Shown piece by piece: positions 11,422 to 24,000 of a stretch of 64,000 bases of DNA. Below the pieces are notes generated by a model. That model was not told the DNA's origin. It made no database searches and saw nothing but the letters and a program-made list of their open reading frames with translations. The stretch's first letter is position 1, and each line of letters begins with the position of its first letter. Origin of the DNA: Pseudovirgaria hyperparasitica (taxonomy: Eukaryota). The stretch lies in assembly GCA_010093815.1 (NCBI GenBank), contig ML996571.1; one strand, given 5' to 3'. Made by a program: the position numbers and the translations under genes.

Positions 11422-12988
11422 GAGAAAGTTTCGGTTTCTTTGAAGCGAGTGAGGAAGTTGAAGAAGTCAAGGCTCATCCGGGAGCCACAGGTCCATCCAC
11501 AAGGCAAGCATGATACGGTGTGATGGAGCTTCTCATAACGACCAGCAAGACAGCCGGAAAGAGATATGCAGCCACATGGCAGTGACGAGAGCAGATGAAG
11601 GATCAGCACTAGAAACTGCAGAGCCATGGTACACATCAAACAGAGATGGTGAGGGCGGGGCCAGCACAGGCAAGGCGTCGCATGCATCGCAGTCATCGGG
11701 GCAGTGTATGGAGTGAGAGTGAGATGCGAAGTGTGAGCAACTTGTCGTTGAAGCTGCTTCTCGTCCACCCGTTGGCTGTAGTCCCCGGTCTAGGGCCCGA
11801 GCTTTTGGCAATCCCGCCCACCAATCCCGCGCCGTAACAGCCTCGTTGCTTGACTGTCTAAAATCACGGCCTCCTCTTCTCGTCCACTTGACTACCAGAT
11901 GCGTGTCGAGCTGCTGATGTGCCATCGCTAGACGCAGCTGCATGGCATCTGGCTGGCTCTGCTCTCGCCACCACCAATACACACTGCGGTCCTCGTGCTG
12001 GAGTGGGCTGTCCTAGTTGTGTCGAGAGGGTGGGATTGCTGCGTAGCAGATTGCTGTTTGTCGCTGATGACACTCTCCACTCAGATGCTGCAAGTCCGGT
12101 CAAGATAATACAGAGCGTCTTTCCGGTCTGCCCGAATGGGCCTTGAACTCGCTGTGATGGCCATTCAACGCATATCCTGTGTGATGGTGTGATGTTCTAC
12201 TCTGTCTCATCTCGTGGCCACTGCCTAGCACCTATGATTGTTAATATACGACCAGGCTGAGGAGTCTTCACTTGATTCTAACGGAACTGCCTACTATCAA
12301 TCAACGAGGCCTGGTCTATCCCATGCCATAGCTGTTGCACACCCACCCGGTATACAGATCCGATTCGACGCCATTTACAAGGAAGAACCTCCCGGCCATG
12401 GCGCGACCCATGGTTCGCATCGGGAACGTCAATCTGACATGTGAGCAATCAGAAGCCCTCGTTGGAATCTTCCATGCTTTCCAGGTGATCGGTCAAGATG
12501 CGGCTGAAGGGAAGCCGCCTAGGAGAACATGTCCACCACTATGACTAAAACGGACCATATAGCGTTGTAAGAGATCGACCTCTCACGTTGCGTGGGGATG
12601 AAAGAAAATAACAGAAGGGTCGCGTGCGCCATGAATATGTGGAGGCTATGAGCACGCCAAATCAGCCCAAACACGTGCGTGATGAAGACGACGGTGGTGA
12701 CGTGGAAGTGGAGCTTGGTTATAGTCGGGAGGTGCCGGGGGATATAGTGAGGTATCATCACATCTGTATAATGTCAAGATGAACATAGTCATGTTTAAAC
12801 ATCGTTACGATGGATTCATTTCGAATGTCCTTGTTGCTTAGATATTTCCTTATGTGTGCTTTATATCGTGTTTCTCGTCGTACATGTAAGTGAACTCCGT
12901 GTCAGATTGTCAACGTCTCTCTAGATCTGGCAGCTCCACCAAGTTCGAAACCACAATTTGCTAAACTTGTGTTCTTGATAATCAGAGC

Positions 12989-14208
12989 CTACGCCTGCTG
13001 CGCCTCTTGAGCGCGCGCTTTCTCTGCCATCGCTGCAAGGAATGCGTTCTTCTTCTGCATCCGTTCTGCCTCAATCTCCTTCAAGTACTCCCAGACCCAC
13101 CTCGCACATTCTTCCTTGGCTGTCTTCTTGCCAAGCACATTGTGCACTTCGCCAATGCTTCCTGGAAACTTGGGGTCCCCGGGAAAGGATGCTGAGCAGT
13201 TCCAGAAGCCTTGTATCTGTGGATCGGATGGAACGTTCACGTAAAGGGGCTCGCGGATGCCAAGGCGACGCGCAAGAACCGAGACTTGCGAGACGAAGGT
13301 TTCATTACCAGGTGTGTTGTTGGGGGATGCAATTGGCAAGGCATCTTCTGGGCTCTTCAGCTCTCCATAGTCGGTCTCTGAACGATTTACGCTCGAACTA
13401 AGTGCGTTCTGCTTTTTTCTGGGCGTACGGGCCTCGTCCAATTGGCCGGTCTCTCGTAGCCACTTGATAGCTTCCATTGCAGCCTTCGATTTCGCCGATT
13501 TTTTGCTCGGTGAAGAGACGGTTCGGGAGCCAAATTTCCGGTCTTGGCCTGACGAGAGGGTGATACTCACTTCACAAGAGAATAATTGTTCACCACAAGT
13601 GAACATTTGGAAAGATGGGAGCGGCTTCGCAATGGCTTGGGCGAACTCTACAACCAGTCAGCAAAAGTTTATCGTCATTCTAGGCGACACCAAGTAGAGG
13701 TCCTACCTCCGAGAAGGCCAATCCAGTTCTCCGGCTCCGGCTCGACAGTTTGGACAGATCTCCTTAGTACAACAATCTCCTTCAGCTTTTGAAGTGCCTT
13801 TTCTGCTGCTCTCTCCTTGGCCTCCTTTTTGTTGCCATATGGTCCTTTATCTTCGACTTCCTGCCCGTCAAATGTAACTCTCGCCCCAAACCCAGGGCTA
13901 CCATCTGGTGAGCCCTTGGGCACCTGTAACAACCCACTTGGTGTGAAGAATGTGAAAGTAGGAACGATTCTATTTGCCTGGCAAAGGTGCATAAATGCAG
14001 GGACATACTCGGACGCACGCGCTGCACGGGGCAAGGGCGAGCCCAGTGGTGATGGCTCTTTCGGGATGTCATGCGATATCATCCGCGCCTGAACCCGAGC
14101 GTTTAAGGCGGCAAGTTCCTCCGCTATGAAGTCGTTGATCCCTATGGGTTCCGACGAGGTAGGGCCGGGTTGCAAGGGTCTGGAAGTATCCATGTGTACA
14201 CTAGTCAT
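12989..14208 (-). CDS. Double-stranded RNA-binding-domain (dsRBD) protein with about 3 dsRBDs; intron 13706-13648
   Basis: Three dsRBD helix-2 signatures: GNKKEAKERAAEKAL, PSKKSAKSKAAMEAI and LGKKTAKEECARWVW. A GTAGGA...CTGAC...TAG intron joins the two ORFs in frame (WIGLLG-EFAQAIAKPLP). The start could instead be 14193. Confidence 0.8.
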
Positions 14209-14391
14209 GATACAATGAGGCGCTGAAAGGTTTCCTGCTGTTCTACTTTCCACACTCTTTCTGAGACACCAAGCTGTCTGTGTATTTGCGGATTGGGGGT
14301 TGCGGCGGGGAAAAATGAGCGACTTTATATGTGGACGATACTTTCGAGTGCTCAGGCTGTAGATCTAAAACCCTCCAATGCCATGTTCATT

Positions 14392-14440
14392 GAGCCTTGC
14401 GCAGAGTCTTGCACAGAGCCTTGCGCAAAGCCTTGCTGAT
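14392..14440. repeat. 12-bp tandem repeat GAGCCTTGCGCA, about 4 imperfect copies
   Basis: gagccttgcgca-gagtcttgcaca-gagccttgcgca-aagccttgctga. Confidence 0.8.
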
Positions 14441-14828
14441 TGCAGCTTCACAGACACTGCGGAGCCATACTTGAAGCGGTACAACGCGCTAAACACATTC
14501 GACGCATGTGTGTGGTGTAGCACTCCCAGGATACCAAGGAAACGGGTAAGGTTTTCCGACCAAATGTATCAAATAAAGGGTATTGGTATGAATGGCGGTG
14601 CGTCTGATGCACGACAATTGGGCGATGCTCAAAAGTTTGCTCTTGTTTGCTGTTGTGCGACGGAAACGACTGGTGCTTAAGGCACCACGTGAGCGCGTGA
14701 CAGAGCGCGTTTACTTCACGTGCGTGCCCTGAACCGTTCATTGAATTTGTACGTGAGAACGAGAAGTATCAAGAACTCAATAGTTTGCTTTCATTATATC
14801 ATTGTACTTCACGCATAGACTAGAACTA

Positions 14829-15790
14829 TTATTCCCCGTCCTCCAAAAGACCATCGTCCATCATGTCATCCTCAGATCGCATAACACTCTCGATGTATTT
14901 CAGCGTTCTTCGCACCGGTAGTCCCACCACGTTGTCAAATGATCCTTCGATGCTCTCGACAAGCACAGTCCCGATTCCCTGTATGCCATATCCTCCGGCT
15001 TTGTCAGCTCCCTCGCGGGTTCGCACATACGCGAGTATTAAATCGTCAGTTACTAATCCCGATCAGTATTGCCAAAGTTTGAGAGCACACAAACATGACA
15101 GATTCACGGACCTTCGTCATCGAACTTGACCGTTGTCTCCTCAACAAATGTTTGCTGCCGGTATCCTGGGTCCCGCAAACTCTCCAGCGGTCTCATGACG
15201 ACCACTGCTGTCAGGACCTTGTGTGTGCCTTTGTCAATTCCATGTGTGCCAGAGTCGCGCAACGATTTTAGCATATTGATATGATCCTGCTCCGAGCGAG
15301 GCTTCTCCATAATGCGCCCGGTCATCGACACTACGACTGTGTCAGCCGCTATGACGAGCGCGGGCTCACCTAGCTCTGTGTTGTCCATCTCTTTGGCATA
15401 CACCGAATTACATTTCTCTATAGCAGTCTGTAGTACGTATTCGAAAGGGGACATCGAGCTTTTTGGAAGGTTCTCGGCGAAATCTGAGGGTATGCATTCG
15501 ATATCTTTGAGCCCGATCTGGTCACAAGATTAGTGATGAACGAGCCATGACATCGCTGCCCATACCTGTGCTAACAACTGTTTCCTTCTTGGCGATTTCG
15601 AGGCCAAAATCACTCTCTTCCCGCGAAGTGCTTTCAGAGCTGGCAGATCCAGGGGCAATGGACCTCGTGGCCGACCAGGCCCTCCCGCGCCCGCTTGTAG
15701 AGCTGGATGCGCAGCGGACTCATAAGACGGTGGCGGATCACTTGGTACTGAATTAGAGTCCAAGGGCGTACTTTTGGTATCATTAGACAT
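14829..15790 (-). CDS. Maf/ASMTL-like nucleoside-triphosphate pyrophosphatase; exons 15790-15566, 15517-15112, 15052-14829
   Basis: Maf motifs ILASKSPRRKQLL, AADTVV...IMEKP and DKAGGYGIQG...GSFDNVVGLP. Two frame-preserving introns. Confidence 0.92.
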
Positions 15791-16422
15791 TTTGAAAGGC
15801 TGTTGAGACCAGCCGAGCTGCCTGGGAGATTATTAAGGGAGAAGTCGATAGGGAAAGCTACGGACTCGGATCGGAAACCATCCATAGCAAACTATTATTA
15901 TTGAACCAAGCTTATCGATAAAGCTCAATTTGCCCCTCTATAAAGTTTTCTTCCCCGCTAATGCTACTGGAAAGCAGAAAATGTTGCAGTCTTCTTTACA
16001 AAATTATGCGCCATTATGATATCGCATCCGGGAGAACTGCTATTTGGCGTGGCGAAGGTAGTCTCCGTTCGAATGAAGCAGCCCGTACCAGTCCTGCATG
16101 GGCGTTCATGATAGGCCGATAGCCCGGGTTCCATCAAAACTTTTTAAGTTGATACACCGTGACGCGGGCGTAGATTTCAAAGCAGCCGAGGCTAGTCTAG
16201 TCTCTTCGTTCGAAGCCGTATTCCTAACCATCTTTCGAACCTGCGCCGAACATGGACTCGGCCTCGTTTCGTCCGAACCAATGACGTACACCCTCAGACA
16301 TGAAGTTTCCTAATCTTGCATCATCCCCTTGTGGTACCGTGAAGGCGCAATTGAACCGCGCTTGACCTTGTTAACGGTCCTGTATCTCTTCGTGGCATAT
16401 CTCCCGTACCGAAACGAATACT

Positions 16423-16428
16423 TATAAA
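16423..16428 (+). promoter_or_regulatory. TATA box of the alkenal reductase gene
   Basis: TATAAA about 70 nt upstream of the ATG at 16494. Confidence 0.5.
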
Positions 16429-16493
16429 GTGTCGTGATCTTCCATTCATCCCAACTCTCTCATCGTGTAGCTCTCCATATCAAAAGAAACATC

Positions 16494-17675
16494 ATGGCGA
16501 ATATCGTCCCAAACAAAGGCCTCATCTTCAAATCTGCCCCCAGCGGCTGGCCTATTCCAGGCAAGGACCTCGCCATCGAGGCGCGTGACTTCGACCTCAA
16601 CCAAGCCCCTCCCACCGGCGGCGTCACCACCAAAAACCACTACTTCAGCTTCGACCCTTACCAGCGCGGCCGTATGCGCGCGCCTGAGGTCAAATCCTAC
16701 TCCCCGCCCTATACGCTCGGCCAGCCCATCACAAATCGCGGCATCCTGCGCGTGCTCAAGTCCGACAATGATAGATTCAAGCCAGGCGACTTGATCACTA
16801 GCCAGGATGCCACACCAATTGAGGAATACAGTGCACTGAGCGCGGATATACTGAGACGCGCGAGAGTACTGACGAATCCATATGGTCTGGATCCGAAGAT
16901 ATATTTGGGTGCGCTGGGTATGCCTGGATTGACTGCGTGGAGCAGTTTCTATGAGATTGGAGAGCCAAATCGGAGGAAGTTGGCAGGAGAGCAGAAGAAA
17001 AAGGCCGGAAAAGACGTCACGGATGATGACCTGAGGCCAGATACCATTTTCGTCTCGGCCGCGAGTGGGGCAGTGGGCCAGTTAGTGGGACAGTTGGCGA
17101 AGCACAACGGAATGCGAGTTGTTGGGAGTGTGGGCGATGACAAGAAGTTGGATTTCATCCTGAAGGATCTGAAATTTGATGCTGGGTTCAACTACAAGAA
17201 GCTGAGTGGGAAGAGCGTGACAGAGACGCTGAAGGAGCTAGCGCCCGAAGGTATCGATATCTACTACGAGAATGTCGGTGGTGAGCAATTGGAGGCAGCA
17301 ATATCGAATATGAACGAGTTCGGCCGTATCAGTGAGCACGCCCAAACATACATCTTTGACTACTCACTAACAAACACAGTTGCGTGTGGCATGGTATCGC
17401 AATACAACCTCACACCCGATCAGCTATACGGCGTGAAGAATCTGATGAACATCGTCGGCAAGCGGATCAAGTTCCAGGGCTTCATCGTCGGAGACTTGAC
17501 CGAGAAGTGGTCTCAGAACCATCAAGAGACACTTTCAGAGTGGCTCAGCAAAGGTGAGATGAAGGCGCAGATGAGCTTGACCCACGGCATCGACAATGCT
17601 GTAGAAGGATTCCTGGGCATGCTGAAGGGAGAGAACTTTGGCAAGGCAGTGCTCGTTGTCAATGATGAAGTTTAG
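16494..17675 (+). CDS. NADP-dependent alkenal/double-bond reductase (MDR superfamily, prostaglandin-reductase-like); intron 17332-17379
   Basis: Motifs SFDPYQRGRM, LGALGMPGLTAW, FVSAASGAVGQLVGQLAK, GIDIYYENVGGE and GENFGK. A 48-nt GTGAGC...CTAAC...CAG intron restores GRI-IACGMVSQYN. Confidence 0.92.
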   Translation: MANIVPNKGLIFKSAPSGWPIPGKDLAIEARDFDLNQAPPTGGVTTKNHYFSFDPYQRGRMRAPEVKSYSPPYTLGQPITNRGILRVLKSDNDRFKPGDLITSQDATPIEEYSALSADILRRARVLTNPYGLDPKIYLGALGMPGLTAWSSFYEIGEPNRRKLAGEQKKKAGKDVTDDDLRPDTIFVSAASGAVGQLVGQLAKHNGMRVVGSVGDDKKLDFILKDLKFDAGFNYKKLSGKSVTETLKELAPEGIDIYYENVGGEQLEAAISNMNEFGRISEHAQTYIFDYSLTNTVACGMVSQYNLTPDQLYGVKNLMNIVGKRIKFQGFIVGDLTEKWSQNHQETLSEWLSKGEMKAQMSLTHGIDNAVEGFLGMLKGENFGKAVLVVNDEV

Positions 17676-17897
17676 ATGGCTGTTATATGGAGAAGAGATG
17701 AGCATTCATACGTGTGTCTTGATAGGAGTAATGATCCCGTGTAGCATTATAGTATTTGAATGGATCTGAATTGTTGTATAGGAATGCATAGTTCGGAGAT
17801 TGGCTGGGTCACAGACCATATATATGTCGATACAGGATTCCCTTCATACGATGTCAAATTCATGTCAGACATATACCAGTATACACGGAAGTCAAGC

Positions 17898-18016
17898 ACA
17901 TTCGGCCATACCAACCAGAAAGCAAGCGGTCCCGTTCGCTCCCGCCTATTTAAGCTGGTTAGGGGTGGATTAGTAGTTAGGTGGGTGACCACTAGCGAAT
18001 ACCCACTGCTGAATGT
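17898..18016 (+). rRNA. Dispersed 5S rRNA gene (119 nt)
   Basis: Terminal helix ACATTCGGC/GCTGAATGT; conserved 5S segments GGCCATAC, CCCGTTCGCT, TTAAGC and TTAGTAGTTAGGTGGGTGACCACTAGCGAAT; followed directly by Pol III T-runs (TTTT...TTTTT); TATA-like sequence about 27 nt upstream. Confidence 0.93.
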
Positions 18017-20297
18017 TTTGCTTTTTGACCGCTTGAGTCGTATTCATAACGTATATGCCCAGGAGTTATAACAGGTCTCCTTTTAAAGAAGCGATTTTAT
18101 CTAATCAAGAGGGCCATGCATTGTTGATGAAGTATATCAACACTAATGATCCATTCACAGATGTACAAATAGCATCTATATCTGTGCTAGGAACGTACAG
18201 TCACGATCATGATTTCACTCATCCCAATCAACAGATGATTGTCTTCACCAGCAGTGGATGCTACATCAGCTCAGTCATATAAATCTTTCAAACTCACACA
18301 CAACAAAGCATAATATGCGCTCTTTCCCACATGCGAAGAGACACTGACTCAACAAATCGTCTATGGGGACAACGAGCATCAGATGCCAGGACAAGCAAGC
18401 GACGAAGTATACCTTACAAATATTGTAATCAAGTGGGAAACGAATAAAGCTCGGTCTACGAAAAGAGTGACTTGTTCAGCTCGCTTGCTATAGAAGACGG
18501 GCGGCCAGGACGATCGATTTGTGTGTATGTGTGTGCGGGTCGGCATAGGGTTTAAGTATGGCTCAGGTATATACGGGCGTATATTAGAAAGGAGGATATG
18601 AGGTGTTGGACTTGCACCGTACGTATACTGCTATACTTGTCCTACTCGTCATGCCTTGTAAATTCGGCATGCGACGTATGAAGCTATTTCATATACGCAG
18701 GTGAGCATATAGTTATCTTTCTGGCACAAGCCTATGGACGCGACATATGGGATCGCTGTCGTCGTGTTAGAACCATATTTCGCGGAATCTGGAAGTTGGT
18801 AGTACCGCTATGACGAGGCTGTGTTAACAGGGGATCGGTTATGCTTATACTAATCAGAGAGGCGGCACGGTGACCGGGCAAAAGATGCCAGGGAGGCACT
18901 TAGCGAACGGATATTGCCTATTGTGCAAGCATTGGGGAGGTTTGTTTCATGATCACTGGTCATCATCATCATCACCATCGGCTAATGACGGAGGTTAACG
19001 GTGTCAACCGTGATCAATGGTCGTCATAATCATCGGCAATCGGCCAGAGACTACATAACGTGATTCGCGATCGGTTTGCGTCCAATCTCGTCCGACACGT
19101 ACTGGACATCTCTAGTCGCATTGCCCGACTGGCAATAGAAGGAGGAATAAGACGTGGGTTGAGGGAGGATGGGAGATACATACAACATACGCGTAAGAGT
19201 CTGAGTCAATTCATACCCGGCACGACCGAGAAAAATAAACAGTAAGGAGGATACCAACGAATGGTAAGCTCCAGTGCGACCTATAATGGCACATTGCACA
19301 TATATTAATTTCAAAGCCAATACGGAACGCACTTTCCCTAAGGGCGCAAAGATCATCATGCTTATAGTTTGCATCTACATCACCATGCACCGATGAATAT
19401 CATCACCATCACCACATCATCTCGGCTACATAGGCCTGAGTGACCGATCAAGAGCAGACAAGCACATGGGAAGCATCCATCTCATATGTTAGGGCACATA
19501 GCAGGACCTATCGAAACACATTAGTAGTGTGTGGATCTTGAGACAGCGGGAAATTTGAGAGGGCAAGCACCCTTTATATGTGCGGTGTACAATCGGTTGA
19601 TGAGTGCCAGGTAGGATGGTTGGGGCCTGTGAAGGTATGGTATGCGAATGGGCAGGCAAATTAGGGGTATTGTAGGTCATATTGTGAATGGAACAAGCAT
19701 TGGCACGCTGCTCAACTATGCCAGCAGAGAACGTAGTAGATAATCCTTGATCTGACAATCGTCGATTACTGCGGCTAACCATGGATGAACGCGGCTATAT
19801 TGCTACAGAGATGCCAGCTCTGTGTCATTAGATAAACGAGATACACGTCTGATGCATTGGTATAAGTGAAACGCAGAGATATCGTGCGATCCACCCTGCA
19901 GTCGGGAGTGAAGTAGAGATCTCCTACGAGGCATTGTCAGGGGCACTACGCCTTTCAAACCGCAGTCAGGGAGGGAAGTACTACTTCCATCAAGAAGAGC
20001 CGAGAGAAGCGGCTCACACGTGTGTACGTGACGTGAAAGTAATACAAAACACAACCAGACGCAAACAGCTCATCACAACAGTCAAACATGACACCCCTAA
20101 GCACCGCAATGCACCACAAACCGCATAAAATCATCATTACCCTATGTGCGACTCTACATCACGTGCACCCGAGAAGAAGAACCCCGCTCAACCCAGAGCG
20201 TGAAAAAAACTGTATTCCTCACCACGGCTCCAATTCCCTCCCCGCTTTGCCCCTTACTCTATCTATCTTGGAAGCCCCTTCTTCTGATGGGAATGTT

Positions 20298-21095
20298 CTA
20301 CCACGCCTTCCTCGCCCACCACCCCTTTCCACGCCCGTAGTAAGATCCGGTCGGAGATGCCCAGCCAGTGGTATGTCCGTATCCGCCCTCGTTCGACGTG
20401 GGAGTGTGAATCTCGCCGGGTCCGCCAGGACCACCGTAGCCCCACGAGCTCGGCGACGGTGCAGGTTCGGGTGTTGCTTGACCGCCATATCCATCGGTAG
20501 GATTACCGTTACCGTCGTAAGGATGCTCAGTCGGAACACCACCACCCACAGGACAGATGGTAGTTGTCTCCGTCTTCGTCGTAGTCTCTGTCGTTGTTAC
20601 GGTGACACTGATGGTCACTGGCTGCGGCACATATTCCGGGATCTTGGTGACTGTGACGATGCTTTGCGGGGGACATGTCTCGATGGGCTCAAATGTCCAG
20701 GGAGCATCTGGCGTGTGGACGTTTGCGATGATGCTGGTGGTGAGCCAGGTTGAGTATACGTCGGAACCTCCGTTGTGGCCGACGGAGGTAGATGTTGGGA
20801 CGAATGTGGTGAGATAGTCGGTGACCATGGTGGGATTGTGTGTTGGTGGATTTAGCGGTGGTGGTGAATACATGATTGATTGAGGCGGTGATGGACTTGG
20901 AGTCGCTGGGGGCGAATGTGGTGGAGGTGGTGGACTGCCGCCTGTTGGGTGTGGGTTCCAGCCTGTGGGATTTGGTGTGTGACCACCTGTTGGAAACGGA
21001 TTCCAGGGTATATGGCCGTCATTCAAGGGACGGTGAGGAAATGCTGCGAAGGCTGAGCCAGCAAGAGCAGGCAGACTTAGGACTGAAGAGCGCAT
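20298..21095 (-). CDS. Secreted Pro/Thr/Gly-rich protein (cell-wall or adhesin-like), 265 aa
   Basis: Signal peptide MRSSVLSLPALAGSAFA, WNPxPTGG repeats, Thr/Val-rich core (TDYLTTFVPTST; VTVTTTETTTKTETTTIC) and coding-like codon usage. Confidence 0.8.
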   Translation of the reverse strand: MRSSVLSLPALAGSAFAAFPHRPLNDGHIPWNPFPTGGHTPNPTGWNPHPTGGSPPPPPHSPPATPSPSPPQSIMYSPPPLNPPTHNPTMVTDYLTTFVPTSTSVGHNGGSDVYSTWLTTSIIANVHTPDAPWTFEPIETCPPQSIVTVTKIPEYVPQPVTISVTVTTTETTTKTETTTICPVGGGVPTEHPYDGNGNPTDGYGGQATPEPAPSPSSWGYGGPGGPGEIHTPTSNEGGYGHTTGWASPTGSYYGRGKGWWARKAW

Positions 21096-24000
21096 GGCGA
21101 GAAATCAAGGTTAATATGAGGACAATGAGGAGATGTTGAGAGTCTGAAACGACTGATAGATCACTGATCAGGGCCAACTTGAAACGAGGGTTGTCCTGTC
21201 TAGCAATAATACACGTCAAGCTCAATCCTGAGAGGTCGCAATAACGAGGGACGACGAGCCAAGAAATATGATAGATTTACAAGTGAGCTGTAGAATGAGC
21301 GAGGTTCTTCCTTAGATATACTCAGGCGTGTGCGCCACGACCCACAAGGCTGTTCAGGTGGGAAATTACTCAGATAACGACGTACCTCAAGGTATGTTGC
21401 TGTCATCATCAGTCCGATCATGCCGGGAACCCACCTGGTGCGCCCGAAGGAACAGTCGCATCGTCTGTGACGATACGGCCCATAGCTGAGCAAGACAAAA
21501 CGAACAGGGATGCACATTGGATGCACAGCCAGGACCCTTTGTCAGATTACGAGGACGGATGGTAATGCCGGCGAGGTATACCAGTGGATGGCCTCAGCTA
21601 GCCATGATCGCATAAGCCCCCATCGTGTTCCCTCCTCTTGAGCATCATAATCATCTCTTTAGCTTCAACACAGATACGAGAGTAGTTCCAGCGTGGCGTG
21701 CTCTCGAACAACATCTGGTTAAAAGTACGTAGTCTCAATGAAATGCGTGGCTGGAGAAAACGACAGGAAAGAGAAATCCCAAGACATTGGTTGATGGAAC
21801 TGTACCAGTTCGCTTATAGCCGTGCTAGTCCAATTCTGGAAATAGCAGCTAACTAGAGCCGAGACAGGAATAAAACGTACATATTTTTATCATTGCTGAT
21901 GTCCGTAAGCAGTAAGCGTCCCCAGCCCCTGCCCACATCCACCTAGCCACCATCATGACGAGTCCACTGAGACCTCAACATCTACCACGGTGGCTTGATC
22001 CAGCGGGATTCCATTATATTGCCCCTCCGCCGCTCTTCGATTCCGTGGCTCTCACTTGTGACTGTGCTCACTCATTCTCCACTGTCAGACCGTTGTGCAC
22101 GGAATCGAGCGTTACGTGCGGGCTGGATACGATATGCTGGCGCTTCTTGCTGCTGTTTGTGGAAGAGAAACATCACAACAGGCCTGAATGGGCTATGTAG
22201 GTACATTATCGACGATTTTTATGGCTACACGTGGAGTAATTGCTGGTACTGGTATGTCGTAGTCGAGCGTTGCAGCAGCATCATACGACTACGAACTCTG
22301 GTGAGACTGTGAGGAATCGAAGGCCAGTCTCCTGGTCATGCTGGCCGGTGAGCTTCATGCGCATAGATCGGATTCCAGCCTCTTTCCATTGTCTCTCAGC
22401 CTCAAACCAAATTTGAACAACGCTCGTATCACCAGCTACTGAGTGCTCCCTCTTAGCAGTCCTGACTCTCCGTGATCAAACTCGCTGGAACATCCACAAG
22501 TAACAGTCTTCGAGCGAGGCGGAATCGGAGTACTCGATCCTCGTAACCCGGTCTGCAATGTAACGTGCCGGCACTTGCGGAACCTCACTCTTCCTCCGGG
22601 ACGAATAATCACCTTACCAAGAATCTCGCCAGAACGTCCACAACGCATGACAGCGGTAATCCGGCAAGCTCGAACGTGTCATGTTCGATAGTCTGATCTG
22701 CGGGACCCTAATTGGCCTGTCTAGTCATTCTCAGGTAAAGCTTATGCAGACCTCACATCGACTAGTGCATCCTATCCATCCATCCTTGGCTTACACAATC
22801 TCTCAACCATCAACGGTCGCTGAGCAGGCCATTGAGTCCTTTGTCCACAAATACTTGCATGTAAAGAGCACCGGGTAGGATACGATGGAGATTTGAAACG
22901 CAACAACAGAAAAAGACACATGTTGGTTGATATTATTGTTGGAAGACAAACAGTGGGGGCCGAAGGCGAAACAACACAGCCACTGGGGCGACCCCAAATT
23001 AACAATAAGACGTGCTTAGAAACACTTTTGGTATGCCATCCTGTCAGATTTGCGTCGTAATCAAAGCAGCTATTTCGTGAGATGCTTGCGGTAAAAGCTC
23101 TTCGATGTCATCGGTCAATTGTCGACGTTTTATTCACTTGCGATGCTGGTGGAGGGTCATGCAACTAGACCTCATTAGGACTAGTGTTAGGAGGAGAGAT
23201 GAATATCTCGCGTGTATCACACCTGCAGTATCATAAGTTTGTCTTGTCTCGCTCAGCACTCAAGCGTTCAAAGTAGATACTTAGAGGACTTTTTGCAGTG
23301 GGAGAATGATGTGGAAAGTCGATGATACCGCGCGTGCTTAGCGTCGCAGAAGTAGTGCGTAAGAGAGGGGGTATATATGAGGAAGGAAAGAAGGACTGGG
23401 GCATTTCGGTACCTGGATGGACGAAGGTTCAGATGACTGAGAACAACGCTTCTCTTAATTAATTGAGTAATGTGATGAGATGCTGTAGGTATAGGCATGG
23501 CATGGGCGTAGGATGATGAAAGGCTTTTTTGTATACATGCACAAGTGGTTTTGCGCTTCTCGTTGGTTTTCGTAAATGTACTAGTAGGCTGTTTAATATC
23601 TGATTACTCAACGCTGAAGAGTATGCATGGACCGGATAGCTGTCCTCAGGTTCTCTAGCTGCTGACTATTGAACGACGAGCATTCCGCCTAGAAGGTTTT
23701 AGATATGCAGAAGAGACTGGATGCATTGACGCGGGCCTGTTAGTGAGGTTTGATATGAGGTCAATCGAAGTCGAATGCTATGTGTCGTAGTATGCTGCTG
23801 GGCTTAGCATATTGATTGGGCTAACGCGAAATCACGTTTCCCCTATTCACACCTACTCTCTTGTGCCCAAATGGCACTCGACTGCTAACGCAATTTCCGT
23901 GTGGTCACGACGTATTCGTCGATGACCGTTAAATGATACGTGTGGTCGTTACACCAAGAATCTAGGACGATGAGTACAAACCTACTTTACTCATCTTGTG

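Noticed and set aside
18230..18420. Minus-strand hydrophobic, Cys-containing frame resembling a small secreted effector (a similar plus-strand frame lies at about 23966-24139)
   Set aside because: No suitably placed start codon and very short; cannot be distinguished from chance.
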